DNA of 64,000 nucleotides, from contig OZ116703.1 of NCBI GenBank assembly GCA_964199315.1, forward strand, positions 310,001 through 374,000, written 5' to 3'. Source of the stretch: Orbicella franksi. Lineage: Eukaryota. Shown here one piece after another: positions 34,015-45,700 of this stretch (the stretch's first letter is position 1; every line of letters starts with the position of its first letter). Under the pieces are notes generated by a model. That model saw only the letters and a list, made by a program, of their open reading frames with translations, was not told the origin of the DNA and did no database searches. Both the position numbers and the translations under genes were made by a program.

Positions 34015-37000
34015 TATGTGACATTTCCAGTAACTCTTTTTCAGTGATGGAATACGGCTCATTAAGCTTGAGCACTTTGGAAACAGTGCCATTGGATTCA
34101 GTGTTCGTGGAGGTAAAATTTGCCTATGTGTGTGTGTTTCACAAAAAAATTCATACCAGGGAGGGAGGGGGGGTATTAAGTTCATACCAAACAACCCTCT
34201 GTAGAGGAGATCCGTATATTCTTACAGAACAATACAATCAGTTGAGGCATGATATTTGTAGCATGGTCAGTTATAGTTTTACCCCCATTCAGAAATCAAC
34301 AAGATGTTCATAAGTTTCCTTTGATTTTGTATTTGATATTTGATTTCTCAACATCTAAATTTTGCTATGATTAAAAAGTGAATTTTTGGATATATGCAGT
34401 TTAAAGAGTTTTCATTAGCTTCTAGCCATCATGTATAATCATGAGCAACTATAATATGCTCTACAAATATGGTAAAGCATAGGACTGGCATATTTTTAGG
34501 GCATTTTTATTTTTTGTCACTTTGGTTTTCTGTTTTTTTTTTGGGGGGGGGGTGGGGTGTTTTTAATAGAACAATTATTCCGCTAGTCTTGTTTTTATTA
34601 GATATGAGACGATTATAGCCAAGTTGGCAAGCTACACCCCTCATTAGCCATCTACATGTTATGGTAGCATCTCGCATCCAATGTGCATGTGGAATTATAG
34701 TTGTTGTATAATATGTAGGTGTCAGTACTGGACAGACACTGTATGAAATGACAATTTTTATTTAGGCCAAATGGCTGTGGCCCTTTCAGTACAAATTGTA
34801 CATGCTTTCAAGGTAGTTAGGGGATCTAGGAAGCTAATTAGGACTGGTTTTGTGTGGGTGAGCATTCTGGTACAATTAACAGAATTTATATGTGTGTGTA
34901 ATTTAACACATAGATCTGTAGCACGCTAACAGCATTTCTATTGTGGTAACCGTGTATATAATATTTATACTTGATAACACAACAGTGACATCTGACAACA
35001 GCTAATAGGTTCCTTATTGTTAATCTGTTACAGGGCGGGAGCATGGAGTTGGAATCTTTGTGTCTCTTGTTTCACGAGGTTCACAGGCAGACATTGTTGG
35101 ACTAAAGGTACTTTTCTGCTCAGATGTACGCTCTAAATCAGAACTTTGTCTTAATAAATTTTGTAATCAATACTTCAGTATTTAAATTATGTTGGAGTGT
35201 ATTAAGTTTAGCCTGTTTGATCTACATGGTGATCAGTAATTTCACCACTCACCAGTCTAAAAGGGAGTAACTGCCCCATGACAATTATTGTCATGGGGCA
35301 GTGAAGGTTACTCCAAACCTTCACGGGGCTACATTTGCCAAATTTTCTTTTTTTCAAGGAAATTAAAGTTCATTATTTAAGGTAACATTTTCCAAGAAAG
35401 TGAAAATAAAATATTGTAACGTGGGGGGGAAAAGAAAAAAAAAGAGATCAGGAAAAAGAAATTTGTTAATAAAAATTAATAAACCGTAAAGGTGTCATAA
35501 TCCCCAAAAGGCATGGACTCCTCAGTGACCTTTACGCGGAAAACGGCTTAATCCGGAGATCCTATATTGACTTCTTTCAATTCAAGATTTCATGCTCTTC
35601 AAGAGTGACTCCTCGTAATCACACTTCAGCAATTGCTCCTCAGTTTCGTTTTGTTTTGTGGCTTATCACTTTCCTTCTGTTTTGTGCATTATTGTTGACT
35701 ACTGGCCTAAAACATGTGCACCTAAAACATGACTGTAACACTATCGCTTTCCTGTGAAGCTCAAGTTTGCATACTGTGAACACTGGGAGGAAATCAATCT
35801 GCAAAACAGAATATAACATTATCGAATTCTACATATCGTTACCCTTCTATTGATATATAGTTTGTGGGGATCTCATCACAAAAAAAAGGCACATGCGCAT
35901 TTTTTTCCGGATGACACCCGCAAATGTTTGGAGTAACCTTAGTTAGTCATTGTATACATTGCCATCAGTTGAACCACCACAGATTGTATTCCCTTTACGT
36001 ATACTGTTCCTACTTTCTTGTTCTGTCTAGGCAGGAGATGAGATTTTAAGTATCAATGGATTGTACATTGCAGAATCAACTCATGGAGAGGTAGTCAACA
36101 TCTTGAGGTCTCAAAAAAATCTTCTTGTGAAAGTTAGAAGTAAGAATTTCCTTTGATTACACATTACAAATAGTTTATTTAAAAACATTATTATATATCC
36201 ACTTTAATAATGTACCAGTTGATTATTTTATTATGAAGACTACTCACTCAGTGAGTTTGATGATGTTCAATTCTCTTTTATTCACAGCCACAGGGAAAGT
36301 ACCATGCAAAATGTGAGTGCCTGGCGAACCATTAATTCATCACTCTACATGCTTCTTATAGTGACAATTAGTATATTAATATTATTACTTTTTTGTTCAC
36401 TAGCTATTGCTAAACGTGTGTTTATTTATAATAATATTTTATTTATTGACTTTTAAGTTATTAAATTTGTTTACTTATTAATTATAATTTTTTTCCAATA
36501 GAAATGATATCATCAGCTGGGAAACTGCAGAGGGAAAAGAAAATGTTTATTATCATCCTGATTTACTGGTGAGTAATTAAAACAATCTATAAAGAAACAA
36601 AATAGTGCATGTGAAACAGATCTGACTGGCAGTATGCGTACATAGCCTAATAGTCCCATGTATAACTGTAGACTTGTTCATACAAGTACAGTCGTATGCA
36701 TGAGAAGTTGCATGCCCATCAGTACATTATCATGTATTGCCTTGACTGCTTGTAGGATTATCTCATCAAAGAAGGAGACTTTGTAGATGAACCCAGATTT
36801 GAACCTGCTCCAGACGACAAGCAAGTGACATTGGTTGTTGGACCTAAAGGAATTGGTTGTAGGTAAGAACTGCCACTAACACCCCTGATTCAAGGTCTTA
36901 AGGTACATGTATGCATACCAAAGGGAGGTTACATTTATATGACATTAACAAGTCAAATTCCATAAGAAAACCCATGACTACTAGTGGTGTGAATAAAAAT

Positions 37001-40000
37001 TCACTGTACAGTTTCTTTTATGTGCGCATTATATTTTTTCCTTCGACAATGGCTTTTTTTATTGTAGGGTTCCTTATCAGTTTTGACTTTAATTGTAAAT
37101 ACATGTACGTTATTGCGTTATTGAGTACATGTACAGTACCTCCTGGCATTACAACATGAGTGACAGGCTATGCATTCTACAACTTAACAGGTCAGAGAGA
37201 TAAGTGTTGATGGCACAATTTTTGCTAAATTTCAAAGCACTTCAAGCCTATTGTTTTTAATTATATGAACTGTAATGATAAGAATTAAGTTGTAGTATAG
37301 ATATAAATAAGGTATATTTATTGAATTTGTAAATCCTGATGAATTTTCACGATGTTCAAAGAAAGATTAAGGAAAGATTAAAGATCATAATAATTGTAGC
37401 AGTTACAGTATTATCCTTGTTATCCAGGGATATTATATCCAATTTCGTTGATCCTAATTGCCTTTCTGTTTTATCTCTTTTCCTTATGGGTTTCCTGTCA
37501 TTTTCAAGATTCTACAAAATTTGATCCTGTTTTGCAGTTTTCAAAATGTTGCTCAAAGCACAAGACAGTGCCTGAGTTGAACTCATTTAGTTAGAGTAGA
37601 GCATCAGTCTTGTGAGCAAACCTGATTTGTCCTGTGTCATATTCTCTTAGTGTTCGGAATGGCATACCAGGCAAAGAAGGGCTGTTCGTGATCTCCGTCA
37701 CATCAGGCTCATTAGCTGATAAGACTGGTGTACGGGTAAGTTATCAACAACAACAACAACAACTCGCTCATAGAACATTCTGGTAGTTGTGGTGCTCACA
37801 TTCAGTTAGTAAAAAAACATTTTTTTTCTAGATCGGTGATCAAATAGTGGCAGTTAATGGAAAGAATATTATGAAACTAAGGTACTCAGAGGTAAGTTCA
37901 CTGAGATTTTTACTATTCACAAATTCACACCAGTGGGTGTGTTAAAAAGGCCATCCAGGAACATTGGGGATGAGGAAATACAGACAGTCCTCCAGTCTTC
38001 AGCATGAGTAGAATCAAGTTAAAACGGGCAAACCCACCCCCAACCCATCACCTGACAAACACACCCCACCTAAGTTTGTTCAGTTCAAACCTCTTTTCTT
38101 TTCTCTTTTTGATATAGGCGATATACTTGCTGAAGTCTTTCAAGGAATTACAACTTGTTCTCCGGCATGACAAGGTAACTGGTAATTTGTATTACATTTG
38201 GAGCATTAAGTAGGGGCCTGTCTTTCGCCAGTGGTGTAATACATTGCTTTTGTTCAAGCAAGCATTACATTTTTTGCAACAGGAAGCAGAACAGTTTATC
38301 ATGGAGGAAATTGCTAAACAGCAGAAGGACAAACTACCAGAATTTGCCATTAAAACTCAGCTGCTAACTCGAAAAGCGGAAGAAAAAGAAAGATTAGATA
38401 AAGCCAAAGAACAGATGCACTTCAAGCAGCTGCTGCAATCAAAACGTGAAGAGGATGATCAGGGGCATGAGAAATCTAAGGGAGCAACTGAAGGTACAGT
38501 TAAACCTGTTGTATCAGACTTGTCTTGCAACACTGTTGCATTGAAACTTGACAAACATCTTTGCTCGTATTTAACTACCAGCTATGTGGCAAGTTGCGGC
38601 AGTGTGAACTTTGTGCAACGTGATGCCACGATTAACAACTTGACTAGTAATACACGCTATGACGCTTTCAACGTTGTCGAGCGACAAGTTGAAAGATAAT
38701 CTTTCCCTTATTACTCCACGTTAATGTAGATTACAATATGGACAATTTATAAAATGCGAGTCTCATGAGAGATCTTTATCATTTGCTCGTTAATAAGTCC
38801 CAACTGTGGACTAAGATAGTACACAAAATAATAATCAACATGCAGTTAAGTTGTTTTAAAAGTCTTTCTCGTTAATTTCCTGTGATTTTCTGCTCAGGAA
38901 GGGAAGTAGAAAATGCAGAAGTCAGTCAGCTGTCCAACAAATCCCAGTGCTCAGAGCTTACACCCAACAGTCACAAACGAGCAGCGTTTTCAGAAACGTA
39001 AGTTCTCTGGTCACGGTTTCATTTCAGTTCAGTGCGAGTTTGAATGCATCTTGAAGACCCTTGAAGGATTCAGTTGAATGAGAGCTGAGATGTCTTTTCA
39101 TCAGTGAGTCGCAAACTGCGGCTTATCTTCTTGGTCTTGCTACTGGTTTCATGTTTGTCGTTTCCTGAATGCTGAGAGGATTATTAATTATAGTACTTTT
39201 AGTGTGAGTTAACAGAACTGTTCACTCTCAGAAAGCGACCTTATTTTTAAGTTATCATCCAAGAATTCAATTCGATCTGGTTGGGGGCGAACTTGATCAA
39301 GTTGAGTCAATGTGGGAGCGAACTCGGTGGGGGCGAACTTGCTATGAGGCGAAACCGGCAGCTACCATTAAAAATAACAAACAATGAATGAAGATTATGC
39401 CCTGAATTCTCCTTTACCCTCCTAAAACTAACTGCATCATAAGCTAAGAATGAAACGCAAAAAGGCATTGTGGTTGTAATCAGACATTGTAAGAACTTAT
39501 GCAAACCCGCAAACTTGACACTGATTAATAACACTGTTTTTTAGTTTAGTACCAGGTCACCTTGAAATAGACCCTCTGAAAAAGGATGGTATAAAATGTT
39601 TCAAGTTTGGCCCTCTTTTTTCTCTATTTCAGTGTACAAGTTGTTGTTGCAGGAACCAGTAAAAACTACCATGAAGAAACTGTGGTCAGTGATGTGCATC
39701 CCGCGTCTTTGCATCCCAGCAATGTACAGGTATTATATGAAGTCAACCGAAAGGCAGGGTACACAATGTTCCTTACATAAACGTACAAGAAAGTTCACTG
39801 ACCGGGGACTCACACCACATGTCACACTGTAAAGGATAGTGAGCCTAACTTAGTAACATAGCCTACAAGCAGGCTCAGGCACTGCGCCACAATCAAAGGT
39901 CAAACCCTCAGAGATGAGCCGGTGAAAATAAGAGCTCTGATTTTCATCGGCTCACTTTACTCGTCGACTCGTCTCTCGCTGCGTCACCTTTGCTCGTGCT

Positions 40001-42021
40001 GGAGCGCATTACAACCTGCTCGCAGGCTAAAAGTAACCCAGCGGTAACATATCAAACACGAAAGACCGTTTTTGACCACATTTCAAAACATCGAGAAGGG
40101 AGTTGAAAATACGATGCGCAGTGGAGTATTTTGATTTCTGACGAACCTCAAGGTGTTTGGAAATGTGGTCAAACACTGTCTTTAGTGTTTGATATATCTT
40201 CTCAATCGAAACTAAAACTAGGGAGACAACAGAGAAACAAAATTGTCAAAACCTACGCTAATTAAGACCGTCATGATTTCCGTTGTCGAAACTCGATGAA
40301 TTATTAATGAATTAAGAGGATTCCAGAAACTAAGTCGGATTATGTTACTTTGTTCACTCAGAGTACAGAACTCGGTTAACAACCAGAAACAACAGCAAGT
40401 GAATTGTTTAATACTATGATGATCATTTCCCGCTTGAATTTTCTTTTGTTATAGTTTGAAGATGACGTGCTTGAGGGGAGAGAAGCTCACTTTTTGTCAA
40501 TTGAAAAGGTAAATAATAGCTGACCTTTGTGAAATGTTAATGCCTCTGACCGGTGTATTTATCTTTTGAGATCTCTAATAAAATCCTGTTTATTGTACTT
40601 GGAACAATGCCGCGGCTACGGTTTTAAGGGTTCAATAGTACTTATATCCGCCAAGCCTATGCCACCCTACCTGAAATGAATCGTGACCAGTCACTCGAGC
40701 GTAGTCCCAAGCCTTTTTGCTAGTGAGAATGTCGGCTAAGTGAGTTTTCTACATTTTATGTCTTGACATTTTCTTCTTTCTTGGTTTTAAACTGCAGGTG
40801 TCAGAGTTAGGGCTAGAGTTGGAGGAACGCGATGGCGGAATTTACGTGACAGGTGTTCAAGAACATGGCTGTGTGGCTGTACACGGTACGTTTCTGTTTC
40901 CCTCGCTGATCCAATCACGTTTAAACTTCATGACTTACTAGTGCCCAGTTGAGTACATGGACTATTCTTCCCCAGTTTTCTGTTCATGAGCTCCTTCTTT
41001 TAGGCGGAGTATGTCCTGGAGATCAGTTGCTAAATGTGGAGGGCACCAGTCTCCTTGGAGTCAGTGTGCAACAAGCTCACGAGGAGTTAAACAAGGCCAT
41101 GAACAGAAACTCAGTAAGTTTGTATGTAATATACTTTGCATAAATAGCCATTGGAAAATAATTTTTAGAGGGGCAAATGCATTTAAATTTAACGGACTTT
41201 TATACGCGACAAAGGAACTGTCATCTTCCTATTCTCGTTGGATCTCGGTTTGGACTGAGTGATCGATAACTAATTTGACCTTACAATACCAGTGCATTGT
41301 CAAGAAGGTAACTTATGAGAGTACGCAGAATAATCAACCAAGGGACATTATCTTGATGCCAAATCAAGTTCTCAGAACTAACACTGAGGAATATCCATGG
41401 TAACAAGTTAGGAGAATTGATAATTTATCGAGCTTGAGAGTGAAGGTATGAGATCTAATAATATTGTGTCTTTGCTGTTATTGCTGCACTCAGGAAAATA
41501 TCGATCTCGTCGTGGCCATTTCTTTGAAAAGAGCGAGCCGGCGGCCAGTTCTGAGAAGTGGCAGTGTAGTGAGGAAACGAGATCCCGTCACTGGGGTGGA
41601 GGTGTAAGTAGTTTTGTATGCTAGGATCATTGACGCAGGGGGGTAGTAGAGGGGGTGAACACTGCGAGCTGTTGTTGCTGAGCTCAAGTAGCAGAGTTTT
41701 GATCGTACATAACAAGCGAAGAAATTCCTTGAAATATAAGAAAACACTCCTCACTTAAGGACCCTGGAAACTCTTTTTGGCTCACTTGATTTTTTTTACG
41801 TAACAAACTGACCCATCTTTTGACTGAATGTTAATAGTTTCCTGTGGAAGTCACGCAGTCGATTGATACACGTTATCACAAGAAAAGTGTCGTCACTTGT
41901 CGATTTGATTACGTTTGAGAACTGTAATAATGAAGGTGCTATGAAGTATAATTTTAACTACAGTTTATTCATTTAATATATTTCTGTTCGGTTTTCTTTC
42001 AGGTATGACACATGGCTTTAG
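32665..42021 (+). CDS. USH1C: Harmonin (NTD-PDZ1-PDZ2-coiled coil-PDZ3-PBM), 573 aa (595 aa with optional exon)
   Basis: Exons 32665-32733, 32856-32923, 33409-33492, 33839-33898, 34045-34112, 35034-35107, 36031-36139, 36288-36312, 36502-36568, 36756-36862, 37651-37735, 37832-37891, 38118-38174, 38283-38493, 38898-38997, 39633-39729 (alt donor 39758 plus optional 40362-40398), 40455-40508, 40798-40885, 41004-41113, 41494-41603, 42003-42021; all phases consistent. VLIENDEER, LVNDLKSVINTP, GFSVRGG, ENIDLVVA parallel harmonin VDFLIENDAEK, LVGDLKLVINEP, GLSVRGG, DWIDLVVA. Confidence 0.88.
33963..34015. repeat. (ATC)n microsatellite in USH1C intron 4
   Basis: About 17 near-perfect TCA units. Confidence 0.95.
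35270..35302. repeat. Perfect palindrome (16-bp arms, 1-nt spacer)
   Basis: ACTGCCCCATGACAAT-T-ATTGTCATGGGGCAGT. Confidence 0.9.
35306..35938. mobile_element. Non-autonomous TIR element (Kolobok-like?) in USH1C intron 6
   Basis: GGTTACTCCAAAC (35306) ... GTTTGGAGTAACC (ends 35938). Flanks TGAA / TTAG resemble degraded TTAA. Confidence 0.55.
39859..40029. mobile_element. Short MITE with TAGCCT...AGGCTA termini
   Basis: TAGCCTACAAGCAGG ... CCTGCTCGCAGGCTA. A related mini-copy lies at 59098-59159. Confidence 0.6.
40049..40195. repeat. Imperfect ~147-bp hairpin repeat
   Basis: ATATCAAACACGAAAGACCGTTTTTGACCACATTT versus the reverse complement of the right arm ATATCAAACACTAAAGACAGTGTTTGACCACATTT. 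Confidence 0.7.
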
Positions 42022-42795
42022 TTAATTCTCCCGTCGCACAAATAACGCTTTGACAGAGCGTTAGAAAAGGAAATATAAATGAAGACTTAGTTTAGATTCT
42101 TGTTGTTACTTATTTTATCACTTTTGAAGAAAGATATAGACTCACGAAGTTCATTAAGTCTTGTCAAAATTATCGTGAAAATTCTCACAATGATTAGAAC
42201 TGTTCACAAAGAAGTCTTTTCCTGGCTCGAAATAGATAGACCGCTAAACCGATGAGTATTCGTAAAGTTCTGTATCAAACAGAAAATAGGTGTTGTATCT
42301 TTTCAATCCATTACACAAAGTAAATTTGTTTCAAATCTAGAGTATTACTTTCAGACTGGAAAACACTGGAGGAAGAGTGTTGCCTGCCAAGACAAAAGGA
42401 GATATATGTTGTAGATATATTTAACAAGTATATTTATTTGTTTTTAACATTTGTATATCGAGATTTTATGCACAGTTATATTTATCATTCTTGTCTGAAT
42501 GTCAATAAAATGGTTGGACTCAACAGAACATATAGAACTGTTTGGTTCCTGGAGTGCTGATATATACATGTTCTGGTTCGTTTAGTGTGGTCACCTGGCC
42601 GAGGGAAGTTCTGAAAAGAACTGTTGTTGGTGATTTATGTATCGACAACCCGAGCGGAAGTCATCTTTCAGCACGTGAAAATCTGGGTAATATCCCCTTT
42701 CCTCCCCTCCCCTGTACTGAATCTATCCAGACTGTATCTAGATATATAAGTAAAAAAAATTACAAATAATCAATAAATTGATAAATTACTCAGGT

Positions 42796-45700
42796 TTAAG
42801 TTCCAAATCTTGTGTCCACTGCAAACACAGCGATAAGAGTAATAACGACTGAGATGAGAAACAGCCAAATAAAGAATCTGTTGAGGACATTCGCAGCTAG
42901 TACCCATTCCTCTCTAAGTTCATCCGTCTTATCTTGTTCTTTGACGTTGTCAGCTAGGATTTTGACCGCGCGGGACTCGGCTACAGGGAGTTCAGACTTC
43001 TTTTCTTGCAACGCTGTCAAATAAAGTAAACAATTACAGTTCTATAGATTACATTGGGGACGGTAAGTAACTGGTGATGATAAAAGTCATCTATCACAGG
43101 GACGATTTGCCGAAATTTAACTGGACGCAAGGTATACGCCATTAAGAGACTTTCAATCATTCCCCGTCATGCTAAAGTGATTGTACAAACAGTGATTAGC
43201 ATCTTACGTTTTCTCCACTTGTTCACTACTCTCCGTGCAACCTTCTCGTTTTCTTCATTCCGAGGGTTCGACTGTGCTTTTTTGTGTGACGTCGTTTCTT
43301 GTTCGGCCTTTTCTTGTCCGGTTTTGTAGAAAACAATTCGCGCCAAGTAGCCCAGTATGTATTTCTGAAAACGAATACCAAGAGTGAACCGTCGAGGAGT
43401 ACTGGTAGTTATTTTGAATTGCATGCTTGTCCATTACTGGTATATTATCTGTTTTCTTTACTCACCCGTTTCCAGACTGGCAATGCGCATGGCCGGTTGT
43501 GGACAAATCGCAGCACGTAACACATTGCAGCAAGTGACAGGGACACCTCTATTATTGTGGAGCAGTAGTATTTACCAATCAGTGGAAGGTTCTCAGAAAC
43601 TGGCATTTTTTCCTCCACCATTAAGAAAAATACCGCAAGAGAGAGCAGAATTGTTACTCCGACTGCCATCCGCTCGCCAGTATCTGAAATTGAAATTGAA
43701 TGACATCGTTACAAACCTTTGCTCCCAAAATAACAAAAGAGCGCCTATACGACCGACTAGCAAGTTAGCTTGACTGACTGACTGACGGACGAACGGACGC
43801 ACTGCCTAACAGACCGCCTGACGAACGGACTGACTGACTGGTTGGCTGATTAGCTTACTGGTCGACTGTCTGACTGTCTGACTGGCATACTGACTGAATG
43901 ATTGACTGTCTGACTGACTGCCTGACTGACTGACTGACTGACTGATTTCTGTCTCTGACTGATTGACTCACTGATTTACTGTCTCACTGACTGGTTAGCT
44001 GATTGGCTTACTGGTTGTATGGCTGAATACTGACTTATCAGAAAGGTGGCGCACACTATTTAGGAGCTGATGCAGGCAGTGGATATGAGGAAACATCCCT
44101 AACCTTCAGGCATTAGAAATACTAGAAGAGTCAACACAGCGATCAGTGCGCACGGTGTGATGAAATTCGTGACGTAAAATTGAGACAGCCGCCTGATGTG
44201 AAGAACATACGACACTCCAGACACCATCGCTTTGCAACAGAAATGCGACATGAGGCTTTGTTCAGATCGAGCATTGATCAGCTGCCATTCTCCGTTAGCA
44301 AGGTATTGCTGAGTGGAGACAGTGTCACTAGCTGCGTTAATGTTTAGCTTGGTAATGTCGTAGTTCCATGATCCGAATGTTAATTTGCACATCTGAAAAA
44401 GAGATTTGATTTAACCGTCAATGCTTCTTACTGCTTCTTAGTATTTTAAAATTAGTTTCGTCGAAGAAGCTGTCTTGTCAGTCAGTCAATCAATCAATTG
44501 ATCAGTCAGTCAGTCAGGCAGCCAGCCAGCCAGTCAGTCAGCCAGCCGGTCAGTCAGTCAGTCAGTCAGTCAGTCAGTCGGTCAATCAGTTAGTCAGTCG
44601 GTCATTTAGTCAGTCAGTCCGTCCGTCCGTCAGTCAGTTAGTGTGTCTGTCTATCTGTCTGCCTGTCATTCAGTCATTGAGGTTGGCAATCCTTGATTTG
44701 TTGACTAGTGTATATGACGTCAAGTCACTAACCTGTTCATCAAACGGAAAGTTCTCCACGCTTATTTGACAGGAGCTCATAGTAGTCATGGGAACAACCC
44801 ACGAAACATTCCCATCATATGTCACGGTAGCTTTGAAAGGATTTGTGTCCGAATCATCAAAGTCGGCACTAAAGAAGAAAAACTAAATCTAAAGTCTTTA
44901 TTGGGTTTGACCATGCAAGATTGGTTGGAAAATTCCGGTTTCTCCTGGTGTCAAAAGAAACGAGTGCAAAAAGTTGCTATTGATATATAGATAAGTACTG
45001 TATTCACTTAAGTTATTCAGTTGATACCTCAAGCCATATTTTAATTTCCACCGTTAATGCGGTGCATAAAACTTCTACTTCACTTGCGTCAGCTTGAATA
45101 GATACAGAACAAGTTAAGTGGGTGTAAAAGAAATTCAAGCGAAGACAGCGGCGTCCTAAGAGTCAGTCTACGTTTCAAGGATCAACAGCAAGTGCGTGAT
45201 CTCAGTCACAAGATCGGCACACTACCCTACATACATACACATACATAAACTTTATTTTTTCTCGAATTTAAGAGTAGCTATTATACATGCTAATTTTTCC
45301 AAGAGAAAAATAACAAAAGAATTTGTCACAAGGAAATTGGAACAAGATCTCGAACCCAAATCAAGCCTGTAGTCATAACCTGTGCGATGCAGATTATTTA
45401 CAGTGAGTGGGGTCTGGCTACTCTAAGCTACTCAGTAGCTGAAACGTTTTATACATGAAAGAAAAAGACAAAAAGAAACACCATCATCAGCCTATGGGTT
45501 TGTCATGTGCACCCAATCAAACTCAACTTACTTGTTGTATAAAATGATACGCGGTGTCCATATATCAGTATCATCTATGTTAATCTGTCTTATTTCGCCA
45601 TATTTTGAAGGAGTCCATCTCAGATGCATATCTCTCCAATGCTAAATAAAAAAAAAACAGTGAACTGAAATATTAAATATCCCACAAGACATTGTAAATG

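Noticed and set aside
33862-34194. 110-aa minus-strand ORF with a poly-Met run
   Set aside because: It is the reverse-strand reading of the (ATC)n microsatellite and overlaps USH1C exons 4-5 in antisense.
38494-38699. Continuation of the 151-aa ORF past USH1C exon 14 as a short isoform lacking PDZ3
   Set aside because: Most simply intron read-through after the donor G|GTACAG; no transcript evidence is available.
43771-44676. Repeat arrays as a CRISPR-like or telomeric structure
   Set aside because: They are 4-nt degenerate units without unique spacers and are not TTAGGG; the context is eukaryotic introns.
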